Below are positions 36,456 to 46,451 of a stretch of DNA of 64,000 nt, in pieces. The notes under the pieces are model-generated. The model was given only the letters and a program-made list of their open reading frames with translations, was not told the DNA's origin and did no database searches. The first letter of the stretch is position 1; each line of letters starts with the position of its first letter. The position numbers and the translations under genes were made by a program. The DNA is from a virus. Where the stretch lies: the IMG/VR virus record IMGVR_UViG_3300028043_000001, positions 1 to 64,000 of that record; one strand, written 5' to 3'.

Positions 36456-37445
36456 ATGAGCAGAGAAGACATTATAAAACGGTTTGGCAAGATACTTGCA
36501 GAGCATGGCCCTCTGCTTTCCACTGAATACGATAGGCTAGACATTCCCGACAAACCTTCGAGGAGGCTTTTGTTCGCTCATTGTGGGTCGTGGCAAAATG
36601 CGGTTAAGGAAGCAACACAGACTTGCAACTTAAAACTTGAGCCCCGAGAAGTTGAGTCCTCCCCCCATCCCGAAGTCTTGCGGCTGATGCAGCAAGTTGA
36701 GGATCTCAAGAAATCCTTACAAACATCGAAGTTACACTTGCATGGCACCGAGTTTAAGTTTGGGGTTATTTCTGATACTCATATCGGCAGCTTGTTTTGT
36801 GATTATGGTTTGCTCGATGTCGCTTATGAGACTTTCGCTGCTAGGGATGTTAAAATTGTACTCCATGCTGGAGATCTTTTGGATGGTCAAAAAGTTTATA
36901 AGGGGCACGACTTTGAAGTTGAGACCTCTGGAGCCGACAGCCAAATCAATTTGTGTGTGGACAGATATCCTCGTCATGATGGGATAACTACCTATTTTAT
37001 CAATGGTAACCACGACCGCTCTTTTTGGAAAAGATCAGGGATCGACGTGGGTCCCAAAATTACTACGAAGCGTCCCGACATTGTTTATCTGGGTTATCAG
37101 GAAGAAGATATCACCCTTGGGGACGAGCCTCAGAATGTCGTGGTTAGGTTGTTTCACCCGGAGGGCTCAGGGTCGGCTTATGCACTGTCCTACTTAGCCC
37201 AACGTTATGTCTCAGAACTATCCAACGTTAACAAACCTCACCTTCTCATTCATGGCCACACCCACAAGTTCAATTACATGTATTACCAGAATGTTTTCAT
37301 TTTACAAGCTGGTGCTTTGCAGAAACAGACACCCTTTATGAGAGGCAGAAAACTAGCCAGCCATCAAGGTTTTTCAATCGTCGATCTCGTCGTGACGAAA
37401 AAGGGTGTTGCAAGCATGAAGGTCGAATTTTTTCCGTGTTATTAA
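36456..37445 (+). CDS. metallophosphoesterase with N-terminal homing-endonuclease-associated-repeat-like domain
   Basis: SDTHIG, HAGDLLDG, GNHD, GHTH; N-terminus EDIIKRF..STEYD..PSRRLLFAHCGSWQNAVKEA. Confidence 0.85.
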   Translation: MSREDIIKRFGKILAEHGPLLSTEYDRLDIPDKPSRRLLFAHCGSWQNAVKEATQTCNLKLEPREVESSPHPEVLRLMQQVEDLKKSLQTSKLHLHGTEFKFGVISDTHIGSLFCDYGLLDVAYETFAARDVKIVLHAGDLLDGQKVYKGHDFEVETSGADSQINLCVDRYPRHDGITTYFINGNHDRSFWKRSGIDVGPKITTKRPDIVYLGYQEEDITLGDEPQNVVVRLFHPEGSGSAYALSYLAQRYVSELSNVNKPHLLIHGHTHKFNYMYYQNVFILQAGALQKQTPFMRGRKLASHQGFSIVDLVVTKKGVASMKVEFFPCY

Positions 37446-37503
37446 GAGGTTAGCCAAAACTCTTCTTCACATAGAGCAGCTTGCCCAAACGGGACAAATT
37501 GGA

Positions 37504-37965
37504 TTGTGGGGAGGGAGTTTGTTGGAGTACATAGTTCGTGACTGCAGCAACTGCGGGGGGTGGTGTTGTCGTTGCCTTGTTACGGCTGGGGAGTATCAGC
37601 CTTTTTGGAATTCTGTAACCCCACAGCAGGTTTCATTTTATAATCCGTGGCTACCAAGTAGCGTCGATCTCGAGAAGCATCAGTGGGCGACATGCCGTTT
37701 ATTGACAAGCCGGGGGATTTGCATTGATTACGCTGATCGTCCCAACTATTGCCGAAGTTTTCCTAATTTTGAATTGTTCTTGGAGGAGTATTTGAGTGGC
37801 CTTGCATTCTTTTACTGTCCATGGTGCTACTATCGGGCCGTAATTTTGGAGATGCAAGGTATTCCTTTTTTATTTTGTGAAACTGGTGATGAATGTCTCG
37901 AGCGTTACCTGCAAGACTTCAAAGATGACCCGACGTTAGCACAACAGTTTTTAGGCCCGTTTTAG
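37504..37965 (+). CDS. YkgJ-family Cys-cluster protein, paralog of 18441
   Basis: CSNCGGWCC..CRLL..CIDYADRPNYCRSFP..PWCYYR..GDECLERY. Confidence 0.7.
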   Translation: MWGGSLLEYIVRDCSNCGGWCCRCLVTAGEYQPFWNSVTPQQVSFYNPWLPSSVDLEKHQWATCRLLTSRGICIDYADRPNYCRSFPNFELFLEEYLSGLAFFYCPWCYYRAVILEMQGIPFLFCETGDECLERYLQDFKDDPTLAQQFLGPF

Positions 37966-37978
37966 TTTTGAGGCTGAA

Positions 37979-38365
37979 TTGAAAGTTGAGTTTGTCTCTT
38001 TAGCTGAACTCGATGAATTTATTGGCTGGGATAATTCTGCCAACGCCCCCGAATTTGTTTTCTTAGTTGAGTATCAACATGCTTGGAAGGAGTTCTTCAA
38101 TGCTTATATGTGCCCCATCCAAGTTAAACCACAATCCTTTGAGAGTTCAAAAAATTTTTGTCAGCGAGTTGGCCTTCCTTTTAGGTGGTTTTTAAGGTGG
38201 AGTATTCAAATTCTTGAACACTTCCCCCGACCTTGGGAGCTCAACCTCCATTGGCTACAAGCAGAAGTTGAGCAGATTTGGCTCGACGCCCAAAACGTAA
38301 AAGTTCTTAAAGGGGTTGACCCATCATGGCAACTGCCGAAGATACTCAAAGCTCATCACTTTTAA
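37979..38365 (+). CDS. hypothetical protein preceding helicase
   Basis: 128 aa ORF. Confidence 0.55.
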   Translation: MKVEFVSLAELDEFIGWDNSANAPEFVFLVEYQHAWKEFFNAYMCPIQVKPQSFESSKNFCQRVGLPFRWFLRWSIQILEHFPRPWELNLHWLQAEVEQIWLDAQNVKVLKGVDPSWQLPKILKAHHF

Positions 38366-39606
38366 TTTCAGACGCCCTAATTGTGAGTGCGTCGATTCAC
38401 CCTTCGCTTGCGGCACAAATTTTGCCCAAGTTTAGTGCCGCGTGGGTAAACACGCCCGAGCTTCGTCTTGTTTTTCAAAACGCTCAAGCATTCTTCACGA
38501 AGTTTCGTACACCTCCAACCCCTGAGAGTCTTTTAGAGTTTATCCGTTTAGAAGGAAAAGTTTCGGAGATTCAAATTGAAAAACTTGAAACTTTTATTCG
38601 AAATCTGCCCACGATTACCCAACCTGACTTCTTTGCTTATCAACTGGAGAAGGTTCTACAAAGTAAGGTTTTGCAAAAGGTAATTCGTGATGCCGCAGTT
38701 CTTCACCAACAAGGACAGTACGATGACATTTTTCGTTTGTTTCAAAGGGCACGAACTGACGTATCCCTTCGGCACGAAAATGCAGGATCTTTTTGGGATG
38801 ACTGGGAGCTCCGTGATATTTCTCTGCTCGGAGAACCCAACCCAACAGGTTTTCCCTCTCTGGACTCACTACTCAAGGGTGGTATTTTTCCCAAAGAAAT
38901 GATGTTGGTAATAGGAGCGAAGTCAGCTGGCAAGTCCTGGTTTGCCTCCTGGGTCGCAAAGTCTGCCTTGTTTTTCAATAAATTTTACGTAGTGGTAACT
39001 ATGGAGATGTCACGTACCGATCTCCTGAAGCGTATTGATTGTGCAATTACAAACTTTGATTTCGATTTATACCATGAGAGACGCGACGCGATTCGTGACA
39101 TTATTATGTCCAAGAGAGAAGAACTGCAGGGTAATGTTTACATCGTTGAGTATCCTTCTGGGTTTCCTACCGTGTCAATCATCGAAAATGAAGTGTTGGA
39201 TATTGAGCAAAGGGTGGGACGCAAAGTCGACTGCGTGCTAATCGATTATCTTGACCTCATGAGAGGTACAGTAGTAGGGGATGGTGAAGAAGCCCGCCGA
39301 TTCGGACTTATTGCGGCTGCTGTAGAGATTCGTGGCATGTGTAGTCGAAATCAATGTAGCGCAATTGTGCTTAAACAGTCCAATGCTTTAGGGAAGAAGA
39401 GGCCATTTATAGAGGCGGAAAATTCCGCTGAAGCGTATGGCGCTGCGTGGGCCCCCGATTTTATCGTTTCAATAAATGAAGTTATCAACCGCCCTGATTT
39501 AAGGCGTTTGTATGTGGCAGATTCGAGACGCACAATGAAAAAGGTAGCCATTCCCTACCACGTCGACTTTAGTAGGGCTCAGTGGACCGAGCATGGAGGT
39601 TTCTAA
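38326..39606 (+). CDS. DnaB-like replicative helicase
   Basis: PTGFPSLD..GG, GAKSAGKS, TMEMS, LIDYLDLM. Confidence 0.88.
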   Translation: MATAEDTQSSSLLISDALIVSASIHPSLAAQILPKFSAAWVNTPELRLVFQNAQAFFTKFRTPPTPESLLEFIRLEGKVSEIQIEKLETFIRNLPTITQPDFFAYQLEKVLQSKVLQKVIRDAAVLHQQGQYDDIFRLFQRARTDVSLRHENAGSFWDDWELRDISLLGEPNPTGFPSLDSLLKGGIFPKEMMLVIGAKSAGKSWFASWVAKSALFFNKFYVVVTMEMSRTDLLKRIDCAITNFDFDLYHERRDAIRDIIMSKREELQGNVYIVEYPSGFPTVSIIENEVLDIEQRVGRKVDCVLIDYLDLMRGTVVGDGEEARRFGLIAAAVEIRGMCSRNQCSAIVLKQSNALGKKRPFIEAENSAEAYGAAWAPDFIVSINEVINRPDLRRLYVADSRRTMKKVAIPYHVDFSRAQWTEHGGF

Positions 39607-39685
39607 AAAAGCAATGGCAACCATTAAAATTTGTGACTGTTGTGATTAAAGAGCGGATCGTGTAGCAAAAAAAAAAAGAGAAAAA

Positions 39686-40522
39686 ATGAAGTACCCTTAC
39701 TTAACCACTGGCTCCGAAGAGCTTCGTTTTTGTTGTCCAAAGTGTGGTGATACTAAATATCACCTTTACTACAATCCCCACAAAGCGGAAGGAGGGGGCC
39801 TTTATCATTGTTTTCGCTGCAATTACTCTGGTAGGGGATTTCCTCTTGAACTTTCATCCCTGTCTTTGCCCCCAATTCCGCAAACCTATCAGGAGAAGAA
39901 AAAGCAACGAGCCTTTTCGTGGCACCCTATTTCCGCACACCCCCAAAGTGTTATGGAGGCTGTTGCACTTGATTACTTACAAAATACTCGACATTTATCA
40001 ATTGAAACTATTCAAGACTACCAACTCAGTTGGAGTCCTGAATTACCTCTTACAATAGTTTTTCCAATCATAATGAATGGTGAACCTCAAGCACTACAGG
40101 TTAGACACTTAACCAAGTCTTTTGCAAAGTACGTTTTCCACCCCGCGAAACCTGGTGACGATCTCAAGAAGAAGGTTTTGCTGTATAATTTCGACAAGGT
40201 AAAAGAAGGAGTGAGTACTCTTTATGTAGTTGAAGGTATTTTTGACGTCCTATGTTCCGATTCTAGTTGCACAGTTTGTACATTTGGCAAGAGGGTATCA
40301 CTTGAACAAGCCGAGCTACTTCGTTCGATCCCTAAAAAGAAGTTAGTTTTGGCATATGACACCGATGTCAAATTAAAGGAGCTTCGCCTTTCGGTGGAAA
40401 GGCTTGAAGCGTTCGAGCCGGTTTATATCAAGAAACTCCCTAGAGGTCAAGACCCCGCAGACCTCGGCCCAGAATTTATAGGACAACCCGAGTTCGAGTT
40501 CTTCGAATTTATCTCAAGCTGA
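39686..40522 (+). CDS. DNA primase (Zn finger plus TOPRIM)
   Basis: CPKC..YHCFRC; VVEGIFD; LAYDTD; QDPAD. Confidence 0.88.
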   Translation: MKYPYLTTGSEELRFCCPKCGDTKYHLYYNPHKAEGGGLYHCFRCNYSGRGFPLELSSLSLPPIPQTYQEKKKQRAFSWHPISAHPQSVMEAVALDYLQNTRHLSIETIQDYQLSWSPELPLTIVFPIIMNGEPQALQVRHLTKSFAKYVFHPAKPGDDLKKKVLLYNFDKVKEGVSTLYVVEGIFDVLCSDSSCTVCTFGKRVSLEQAELLRSIPKKKLVLAYDTDVKLKELRLSVERLEAFEPVYIKKLPRGQDPADLGPEFIGQPEFEFFEFISS

Positions 40523-40535
40523 AAGGAGTTGTACC

Positions 40536-41255
40536 ATGCTCACAAAAATTGCTTTAGAAACTCCCCTTTCTTGTCCTGACTTGGGGTTTAGGTATGGTGA
40601 CTATTTGTTCGTTTTGGGTCATCTTTGGTCAAACCCAGTCTACCGAGAAGCTGTGCTTTATTGGCAGCGGACTGGAAAGCCAGTTTACCTTGATAACTCA
40701 GCGTTTGAGCTTTCGACCTCAATCTCAAACACCGATTATTTCCAAGTCATTGGGGAGCTACGCCCAGACATAATTGTCGTTCCCGACGCAGTGGGTCAGT
40801 TTAAGGAGACTGTGAGGTTAGCCCGCTCCTTTTTTACTGAAATTTCAGGATCTGCTTTTATGCGGCACCGTTTTATGATAGTCCCCCAAGGCAAAGATAA
40901 CCGAGAAAGGATGAAGTGCTATCACGCATTAAAAGGAATGGGGTTTCCTTTTCACATGATTGGGTTACCTAGACATGCTTACCCTTACAGGGTGGAGCTT
41001 CTCTACAATCTAATGAAGTTTACTAATAAGTCCAACATGCTTTTCCACTTCCTGGGAGTTCCCGACCCTAAGGAGCTGAATGGTATTTCTCCACTGTTGC
41101 ATTCTTTAGATACGTCGTGGGTGGCAAAAGATGCGATTGGTAAAGGGGGCTTTGATTCCCTTAACTTTGAGGCTGATGAGGTTGAGGAGAGTGCTTTCTT
41201 GTCGTCGCTAGAGAAGCTGGTTAATGCCTTGCAAGAAGGAGATGAAGGTGAGTGA
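40536..41255 (+). CDS. TGT-fold transglycosylase, DpdA-like (7-deazaguanine insertion into DNA)
   Basis: VYLDNSAFE, VPD, IVPQG, HFLG, SLDTS; queE/queD/folE2 in same genome; sits between primase and polymerase. Confidence 0.65.
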   Translation: MLTKIALETPLSCPDLGFRYGDYLFVLGHLWSNPVYREAVLYWQRTGKPVYLDNSAFELSTSISNTDYFQVIGELRPDIIVVPDAVGQFKETVRLARSFFTEISGSAFMRHRFMIVPQGKDNRERMKCYHALKGMGFPFHMIGLPRHAYPYRVELLYNLMKFTNKSNMLFHFLGVPDPKELNGISPLLHSLDTSWVAKDAIGKGGFDSLNFEADEVEESAFLSSLEKLVNALQEGDEGE

Positions 41256-43653
41256 CGCTGATACTTTAATCGCGAAGCTTTTAACTCATTGTGCTCCTAA
41301 CTCTATCGTACCCGCCCAGATTCCCACTTCAGAGTTTTCGGGAATTGCTTTCGTAGGGATAGCTCCTGCCAGCCAAGAAATCTTGGAGGGCAAGCCTTTT
41401 GTCGGACCTTCAGGGAAGGTTTTTGATGCTTGTCTAAACGCGGTTGGCATTGACCGCTCAAGATGTTGGGTAGGAAATTTATGTCCCGTACGCCTCTCCC
41501 AAGATAGAGGCCTCTCGCGCTACGAGGTGCAGGTTTTACGAGAGCCCCTAATTGCAGCTCTGAAGAAACTGCAACCGCGCCTAATTGTAACTTTAGGTGC
41601 AGAACCAACACGCGCGTTCTTCATTGAGAGAGACGTGGAAATAATGCTTCTGCGTTCACACATTTTTGAGTCAGAAGATCTTCCTGGTACCTCTATCATG
41701 CCCACAATCCATCCTGCCTACGCCCTGCGCCAAAATCTTGCTTTGGGGGCTTACTTACTAAACGACTTTCTAATTGCAAAGAAGTTTTTAGAGGGTGTAC
41801 CTCGATACAAACCTTGGACTTACGAAGAAATTACCACTATTGCCCAGCTTCAAGAAGTCTTCTGGACCTTTAAAGATCAACTTACAGCCCTCGATTCTGA
41901 AGCCACTAGCGTTAACCCGTTTAAGGCCTCTCCTTTTATGGTGAGTTTTGCCTTCGAGAGTGATCCCAATCATAGTTATGTTATTCATACACCTCACGAA
42001 AATTACGTCCCGCAACTAGGTGCTCCGGAGCTTCTTGATGGTAGGAGTAGTGCAACGCCAATTGAAAAAGTGTTGCCCATCTTAAAGGCACACAATCCCC
42101 GTACAGTAGTCCAGAACATGCTCTACGACTTTGTCCTCCTTTCTAGGTTTGGTTATTCTCCTAACGTTTACGCAGATTCTATGTACGCTTTTTCCTTACT
42201 CGATGAAAACTGCCCTAGAGGCCTCGAGACTTTAGGTAGTTTTTTTGGGGGAATTGCTCCATACTCTATTGATTATAACTCCTGTGACTTAACGATGTGG
42301 AAGCCCTACGCAGCCTGCGATGCCGTAAATGCTTTGAGAGTGTGGCAGTCTTTCGAGCCCCGTTTTATAGAGCCTCATATGAAGTGGCTGTTGTGGGACT
42401 ACATGCTTCCCCTACTCCACGAGTTAGCCCGAATGGCAATTCGAGGTTTGCATATTGACACAACGAAGCTTGCAGAGGTGGGCGCGAAGGTACAAGACGA
42501 TATACGAAAAAAGGTTTCAATGATGCACATGATTGCGGGGTATGAGTTTAATCACCGCTCAGGCGATCAGTTAACACCTGTCTTTGAAAAACTACGTATT
42601 CCCATCCTTGGCAAATCGCGGAAAACAAAGAAACCCTCTTTTCGTAAGGAGTTACTTGAGAGACTTAAAGACCGTTACCCTTTTGTGGAGCTGTTACTAG
42701 AAACCAAGAAGATGGAAAAAATGTATTCGTCTTACATTAAAAATGTCCACCAGTTTCTTGATGATGAGAACTGTGTACACCCCAACTTTGATATCAAGAA
42801 AACAGGACGCCTATCTGCTTCAGAACCCGCAGTACAAACATTGCCGAGAAATTCGGTTATTTTGGAACTATACAGCGCTCGACCCGGCCACGTATTTATA
42901 AAATGTGACTACAGTGCCGCCGAGTTACGTTGGCTAGGCTTTTTGGCGGGTGAGGAAAGGTGGCTTAATCCAGCGGCTGATCTTCATGTTTCTAATGCTT
43001 CCTTCTTTTATCAAGTAGAGCCTGGACAGGTTACTCCAACAATGCGCACGGAGGTTAAGTTTTTGGGGTTTGGTAAGGTCTATGGTTCTAGCGTGGAGAC
43101 TCTTGCGAAGCAGCTGAACTGCAGCATCGCACAAGCCCAGCAACTCGAGGACAAGTTTTTCAAAACCTTCCCCAAAATTAAGGCGTATATGGAGCGGTGC
43201 AAAAAGATCGCTCTAACAGAAGGATGTTTAACCAATTACTTTGGGCTCAGCCGCCGATTCTCATATGACATTATTTTTGGAGGACCTAGTGATGAGGAGA
43301 GGATCGTTAGAGAAGCCTATAATTTTGGACCCCAATCGACTGTTGCGATGTGGACAAACCTTACTCTGGTCAAAATTCAGCAATGGTTTCGCCACCACTT
43401 ACCCGGTTCCCACATAGTTTTACAGATTCACGATGCCATAGTTGCCGAAGTGCCCGTAGAGGAGATCTATGTTGCAATGAAGGCCATGTGGACTATAATG
43501 AGGCGCACAATCGATGTCAAGTCGAAGTTCTTTTTGCCCGTCGATGTTTCTATCGGACCTAACCTTCTACGTCAAGTCAAAGTCATTCCGTTTTATGAGG
43601 AGGATTTCGATGTCGCCTACTCCCAAACTTCTAAAAGTGCTAGAGCAGTTTAA
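41248..43653 (+). CDS. family A DNA polymerase with N-terminal UDG family-4-like domain and 3'-5' exonuclease
   Basis: VGIAPASQE..PFVGPSG..HPAYALR; Exo LDSEAT, YD, YAACDA; KTGRLS, CDYSAAELR, KFLGFGKVYG, QIHDAIV. Confidence 0.92.
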   Translation: MSDADTLIAKLLTHCAPNSIVPAQIPTSEFSGIAFVGIAPASQEILEGKPFVGPSGKVFDACLNAVGIDRSRCWVGNLCPVRLSQDRGLSRYEVQVLREPLIAALKKLQPRLIVTLGAEPTRAFFIERDVEIMLLRSHIFESEDLPGTSIMPTIHPAYALRQNLALGAYLLNDFLIAKKFLEGVPRYKPWTYEEITTIAQLQEVFWTFKDQLTALDSEATSVNPFKASPFMVSFAFESDPNHSYVIHTPHENYVPQLGAPELLDGRSSATPIEKVLPILKAHNPRTVVQNMLYDFVLLSRFGYSPNVYADSMYAFSLLDENCPRGLETLGSFFGGIAPYSIDYNSCDLTMWKPYAACDAVNALRVWQSFEPRFIEPHMKWLLWDYMLPLLHELARMAIRGLHIDTTKLAEVGAKVQDDIRKKVSMMHMIAGYEFNHRSGDQLTPVFEKLRIPILGKSRKTKKPSFRKELLERLKDRYPFVELLLETKKMEKMYSSYIKNVHQFLDDENCVHPNFDIKKTGRLSASEPAVQTLPRNSVILELYSARPGHVFIKCDYSAAELRWLGFLAGEERWLNPAADLHVSNASFFYQVEPGQVTPTMRTEVKFLGFGKVYGSSVETLAKQLNCSIAQAQQLEDKFFKTFPKIKAYMERCKKIALTEGCLTNYFGLSRRFSYDIIFGGPSDEERIVREAYNFGPQSTVAMWTNLTLVKIQQWFRHHLPGSHIVLQIHDAIVAEVPVEEIYVAMKAMWTIMRRTIDVKSKFFLPVDVSIGPNLLRQVKVIPFYEEDFDVAYSQTSKSARAV

Positions 43654-43673
43654 ACCTTGGTGACTCGAACAAA

Positions 43674-43958
43674 TTGAGAGGAAATATGATAAACCTTCTA
43701 CTAGTCGTGGTACTCCTTCTCAATGGCTGTTCTGGGGTTTGGAGACTAAACGAGAAGCCTATTGTTCTTGAAGATGGCTCCTCAATTACTGTAGTTCGTG
43801 CAACTGCAAAGCAAGTCTTAGGGTTGGGAGGATCTTTAACTGCACTGTATTTATTCCAACACAAGGATGGAGATAGTAAGTTAATCCGAGCCGATTCAAG
43901 CTCTGCGGCTAGTGCTTTAGAAAATCTCAAACTCGTGGCGGGTAAGGCGGCCCCTTAA
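43674..43958 (+). CDS. small lipoprotein
   Basis: LLVVVLLLNGC lipobox. Confidence 0.6.
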   Translation: MRGNMINLLLVVVLLLNGCSGVWRLNEKPIVLEDGSSITVVRATAKQVLGLGGSLTALYLFQHKDGDSKLIRADSSSAASALENLKLVAGKAAP

Positions 43959-43961
43959 AAA

Positions 43962-44240
43962 ATGGCTTGGTTGCGTTTCGGAGAGTGTTGTAGGTGTGGG
44001 CGCTGTTGTTACCTGAAAAATCTTCTTGATTCTCCAGTTCACCAAAAAACTAGTTGCAATGTTAAATCAGATGATGTAAAATGTAAGCATCTACGATTTG
44101 AGAAGGGGCTCGCGATTTGTGAACTTTTTGACTCAACAGAAAGGCCCCTCGCATGTGGCCTTCACCCTAGCAGCCCCGACTCGTTAACCCCTAATTGCGG
44201 GTATTTCTTTATGTGGATTAATCGTTTCGACGATTCCTAA
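43962..44240 (+). CDS. YkgJ-like Cys-cluster protein
   Basis: GECCRCGRCC..CKHL..C..RPLACGLHP. Confidence 0.65.
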   Translation: MAWLRFGECCRCGRCCYLKNLLDSPVHQKTSCNVKSDDVKCKHLRFEKGLAICELFDSTERPLACGLHPSSPDSLTPNCGYFFMWINRFDDS

Positions 44241-44251
44241 AGGAGACTAAA

Positions 44252-44650
44252 ATGTATAGTATTACGCGTGAAGCAACGTTTGAGTATGCCCACCGGCTGC
44301 TCGATCATAAGGGAAAGTGTCGCTACATTCATGGTCATAGTGGGAAGGCGATAGTCACTGTATTTTCTGAGTCTCTAGATAATGAGGGTATGGTCCTTGA
44401 CTTCTCAGTATTGAAGGAGCGTATGAATAGCGTGCTCGATGAGTGGGATCATGCAATCATTCTACAGAAAGACGACCCTCTTGTTCCCCTATTACAAACT
44501 CTCGACCAACGCGTCTTTGTGTTACCAGGTTCTCCTACTGCAGAAAATTTGGCCCACTTTCTATACTTTAAGTTACATACTATGGGCTTGAACGTTGAAA
44601 GCGTAACAATTTATGAAACAGAAAAAAATTGTGCAACAATGAGGTTTTAG
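44252..44650 (+). CDS. queD: 6-carboxytetrahydropterin synthase
   Basis: FEYAHRL..KCRYIHGHS..GMVLDFS..WDH..PTAENLA..YET. Confidence 0.93.
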   Translation: MYSITREATFEYAHRLLDHKGKCRYIHGHSGKAIVTVFSESLDNEGMVLDFSVLKERMNSVLDEWDHAIILQKDDPLVPLLQTLDQRVFVLPGSPTAENLAHFLYFKLHTMGLNVESVTIYETEKNCATMRF

Positions 44651-44651
44651 T

Positions 44652-44975
44652 ATGGACTTCAATACGTTTGATCGGCTGCTACCAATTTTGAGGCAGCAGG
44701 CAATGGTTAACGGCAGCGTTTTTCTTTTGGTGTCCCTTTTGTTTGCGGTTGTAGGTGTGGGGGGTGTTTACGTCTTACGAGCATTCTTTCAATCGAAAAA
44801 CAAAAAGGAGGACAACTGGTTTGCCTTTTCGGGCACGGCCCTAATACTTGTAGGTATTGCAGGCTTTTTAGTTTTTTTAAGTTTGGGGTTGCCGAGGCTC
44901 TTGAATCCCACCTTCTACGGCTTAGAGCAGTACTTTGACTTCTTGAAGGCTGCAAAAGGAGTATATCAGCCATAA
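44652..44975 (+). CDS. membrane protein (2 TM)
   Basis: two hydrophobic stretches; LLNPTFYGL. Confidence 0.6.
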   Translation: MDFNTFDRLLPILRQQAMVNGSVFLLVSLLFAVVGVGGVYVLRAFFQSKNKKEDNWFAFSGTALILVGIAGFLVFLSLGLPRLLNPTFYGLEQYFDFLKAAKGVYQP

Positions 44976-45395
44976 ATGGCAAAAGTAAGGTCGAATATTC
45001 GCTCTAATAAGGCTGCAGGCAGAGAACTACAAAATTGGACTTGTAAACAATTTTCGGGCGCTCTCGAGACACCTTGGGGTACTGCTGACGACCTCGAAAT
45101 TCGTCCGCGCCCGGGAGGCCAGGGGGGAGTTGATATTATCTTTTCAGTAAGGCTGAAAGCCTTACTATCAAGGTTAGGCATCCCACACTCGGTTGAGTGT
45201 AAGAACCACAAAACATGGAACGTGCAAAAGGCCATCATCCAGGCTAGAAACAATAGCTCGACTGGGAAAGACTGGGCGTTGATAATGAAACGGCGTTCTC
45301 AGCAAAAAGCCGAGAAAATTGAACCCGTTATAGTTATGGACGCGTCAGTATTTTTTGAGTTGCTGGGGAGTTTGCATGGCAAAAGTAAAAACTAA
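44976..45395 (+). CDS. PD-(D/E)xK Holliday junction resolvase-like nuclease
   Basis: KAAGRELQ..GGQGGVDI..SVECKN. Confidence 0.75.
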   Translation: MAKVRSNIRSNKAAGRELQNWTCKQFSGALETPWGTADDLEIRPRPGGQGGVDIIFSVRLKALLSRLGIPHSVECKNHKTWNVQKAIIQARNNSSTGKDWALIMKRRSQQKAEKIEPVIVMDASVFFELLGSLHGKSKN

Positions 45396-45858
45396 AAAGG
45401 CGCCTCGTGTAGCTGTTAGTGCTGCTGAGCTGGATTTCGATAAGTTGTTTGAGGTAGCGCTAGCGCCTCCCCCAAAGAGAGAGAAAAAGGCTCGTGGGAA
45501 AGCAAAACAAACTCCTGCTGCCCCTAAAAAGATTGATGGTGAAAAACGCGATTTAATTAAACGCATAAAGAAAATTTACCGCGATAACGAGTTTCCGAGT
45601 GTTACAGATTTGACCAGCTTTACTCCAGAGCAGCTACGTAATCATCTAAACCGCCTGCAATGGGGTCTTATTGAGTGGATGACCCGCAAGGGGATTGTAC
45701 CCGATCCTCCTGACGAGTATCCTGTTAAAGGGTTTCGTTGCGAGACCTCTTTCCATAGAGTCTGGACAAACTCTTCAATCTGCCAGTCACGCACTTATTA
45801 CCCCTCGCTATATCCTGCCTGCGGGCGATGCATAAAATGGGAGGAGGAACGTGGTTAA
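45376..45858 (+). CDS. hypothetical basic protein
   Basis: Lys-rich N-terminus, C-terminal Cys cluster. Confidence 0.55.
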   Translation: MAKVKTKKAPRVAVSAAELDFDKLFEVALAPPPKREKKARGKAKQTPAAPKKIDGEKRDLIKRIKKIYRDNEFPSVTDLTSFTPEQLRNHLNRLQWGLIEWMTRKGIVPDPPDEYPVKGFRCETSFHRVWTNSSICQSRTYYPSLYPACGRCIKWEEERG

Positions 45859-46082
45859 AGTGATACCGATTCCCCCGATGTTTTCGTTGGAGATGCCTAG
45901 CCTTAACCTTGTCCACAATCTATCTCCCTTCTCTACCATAAAACCCAAAAAGATTTCAACCGAGCCATTCCCGGTCGATTCTTCAATGATCTGGATTGCT
46001 TTAATCAAGGATTTGTGTGGCTTGTTTTTAAAGGAAGATCTATTTTTACATCAAAAGTGTCCAACGTGTGGGAGGGAATTTG

Positions 46083-46451
46083 ATGAAAGAGAAATTTGAG
46101 CGCCAAGCCAATGATCTATCCCCCAATCTCTTGCCGGACTCTTTCAGTGTGTTCACAAGGGTGAGCTTGCGTGTGATGTTCGACTTACTAACCGAGGTTT
46201 CCGGCAAATTACCTGGGGACTCCTTGATGCTCGATCTCTTAGCTCGATTTGAGATAGCCTTTAGGAGGATATTTCCTAACGCTGAGCCTCCGCGTCTCGA
46301 ATCTTTTAAAGCGTCGCTGTGGCGGATGCTTATAGAAGCTCATTATGTGGCTCCCCTTGATAATCCAGCTGACCTTCAAAAGAAGCTCCACACCAAAGAA
46401 GGTCCAATTTTTTATGGCACAGTTTCACCCAGGAGGAGGCCAAAACGATGA
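46083..46451 (+). CDS. hypothetical protein
   Basis: ORF after ggagg. Confidence 0.55.
   Translation: MKEKFERQANDLSPNLLPDSFSVFTRVSLRVMFDLLTEVSGKLPGDSLMLDLLARFEIAFRRIFPNAEPPRLESFKASLWRMLIEAHYVAPLDNPADLQKKLHTKEGPIFYGTVSPRRRPKR

Noticed and set aside
38326-43653. Inteins or introns in helicase, primase or polymerase
   Set aside because: Lengths are fully explained by the normal domains; no splicing motifs or frame breaks
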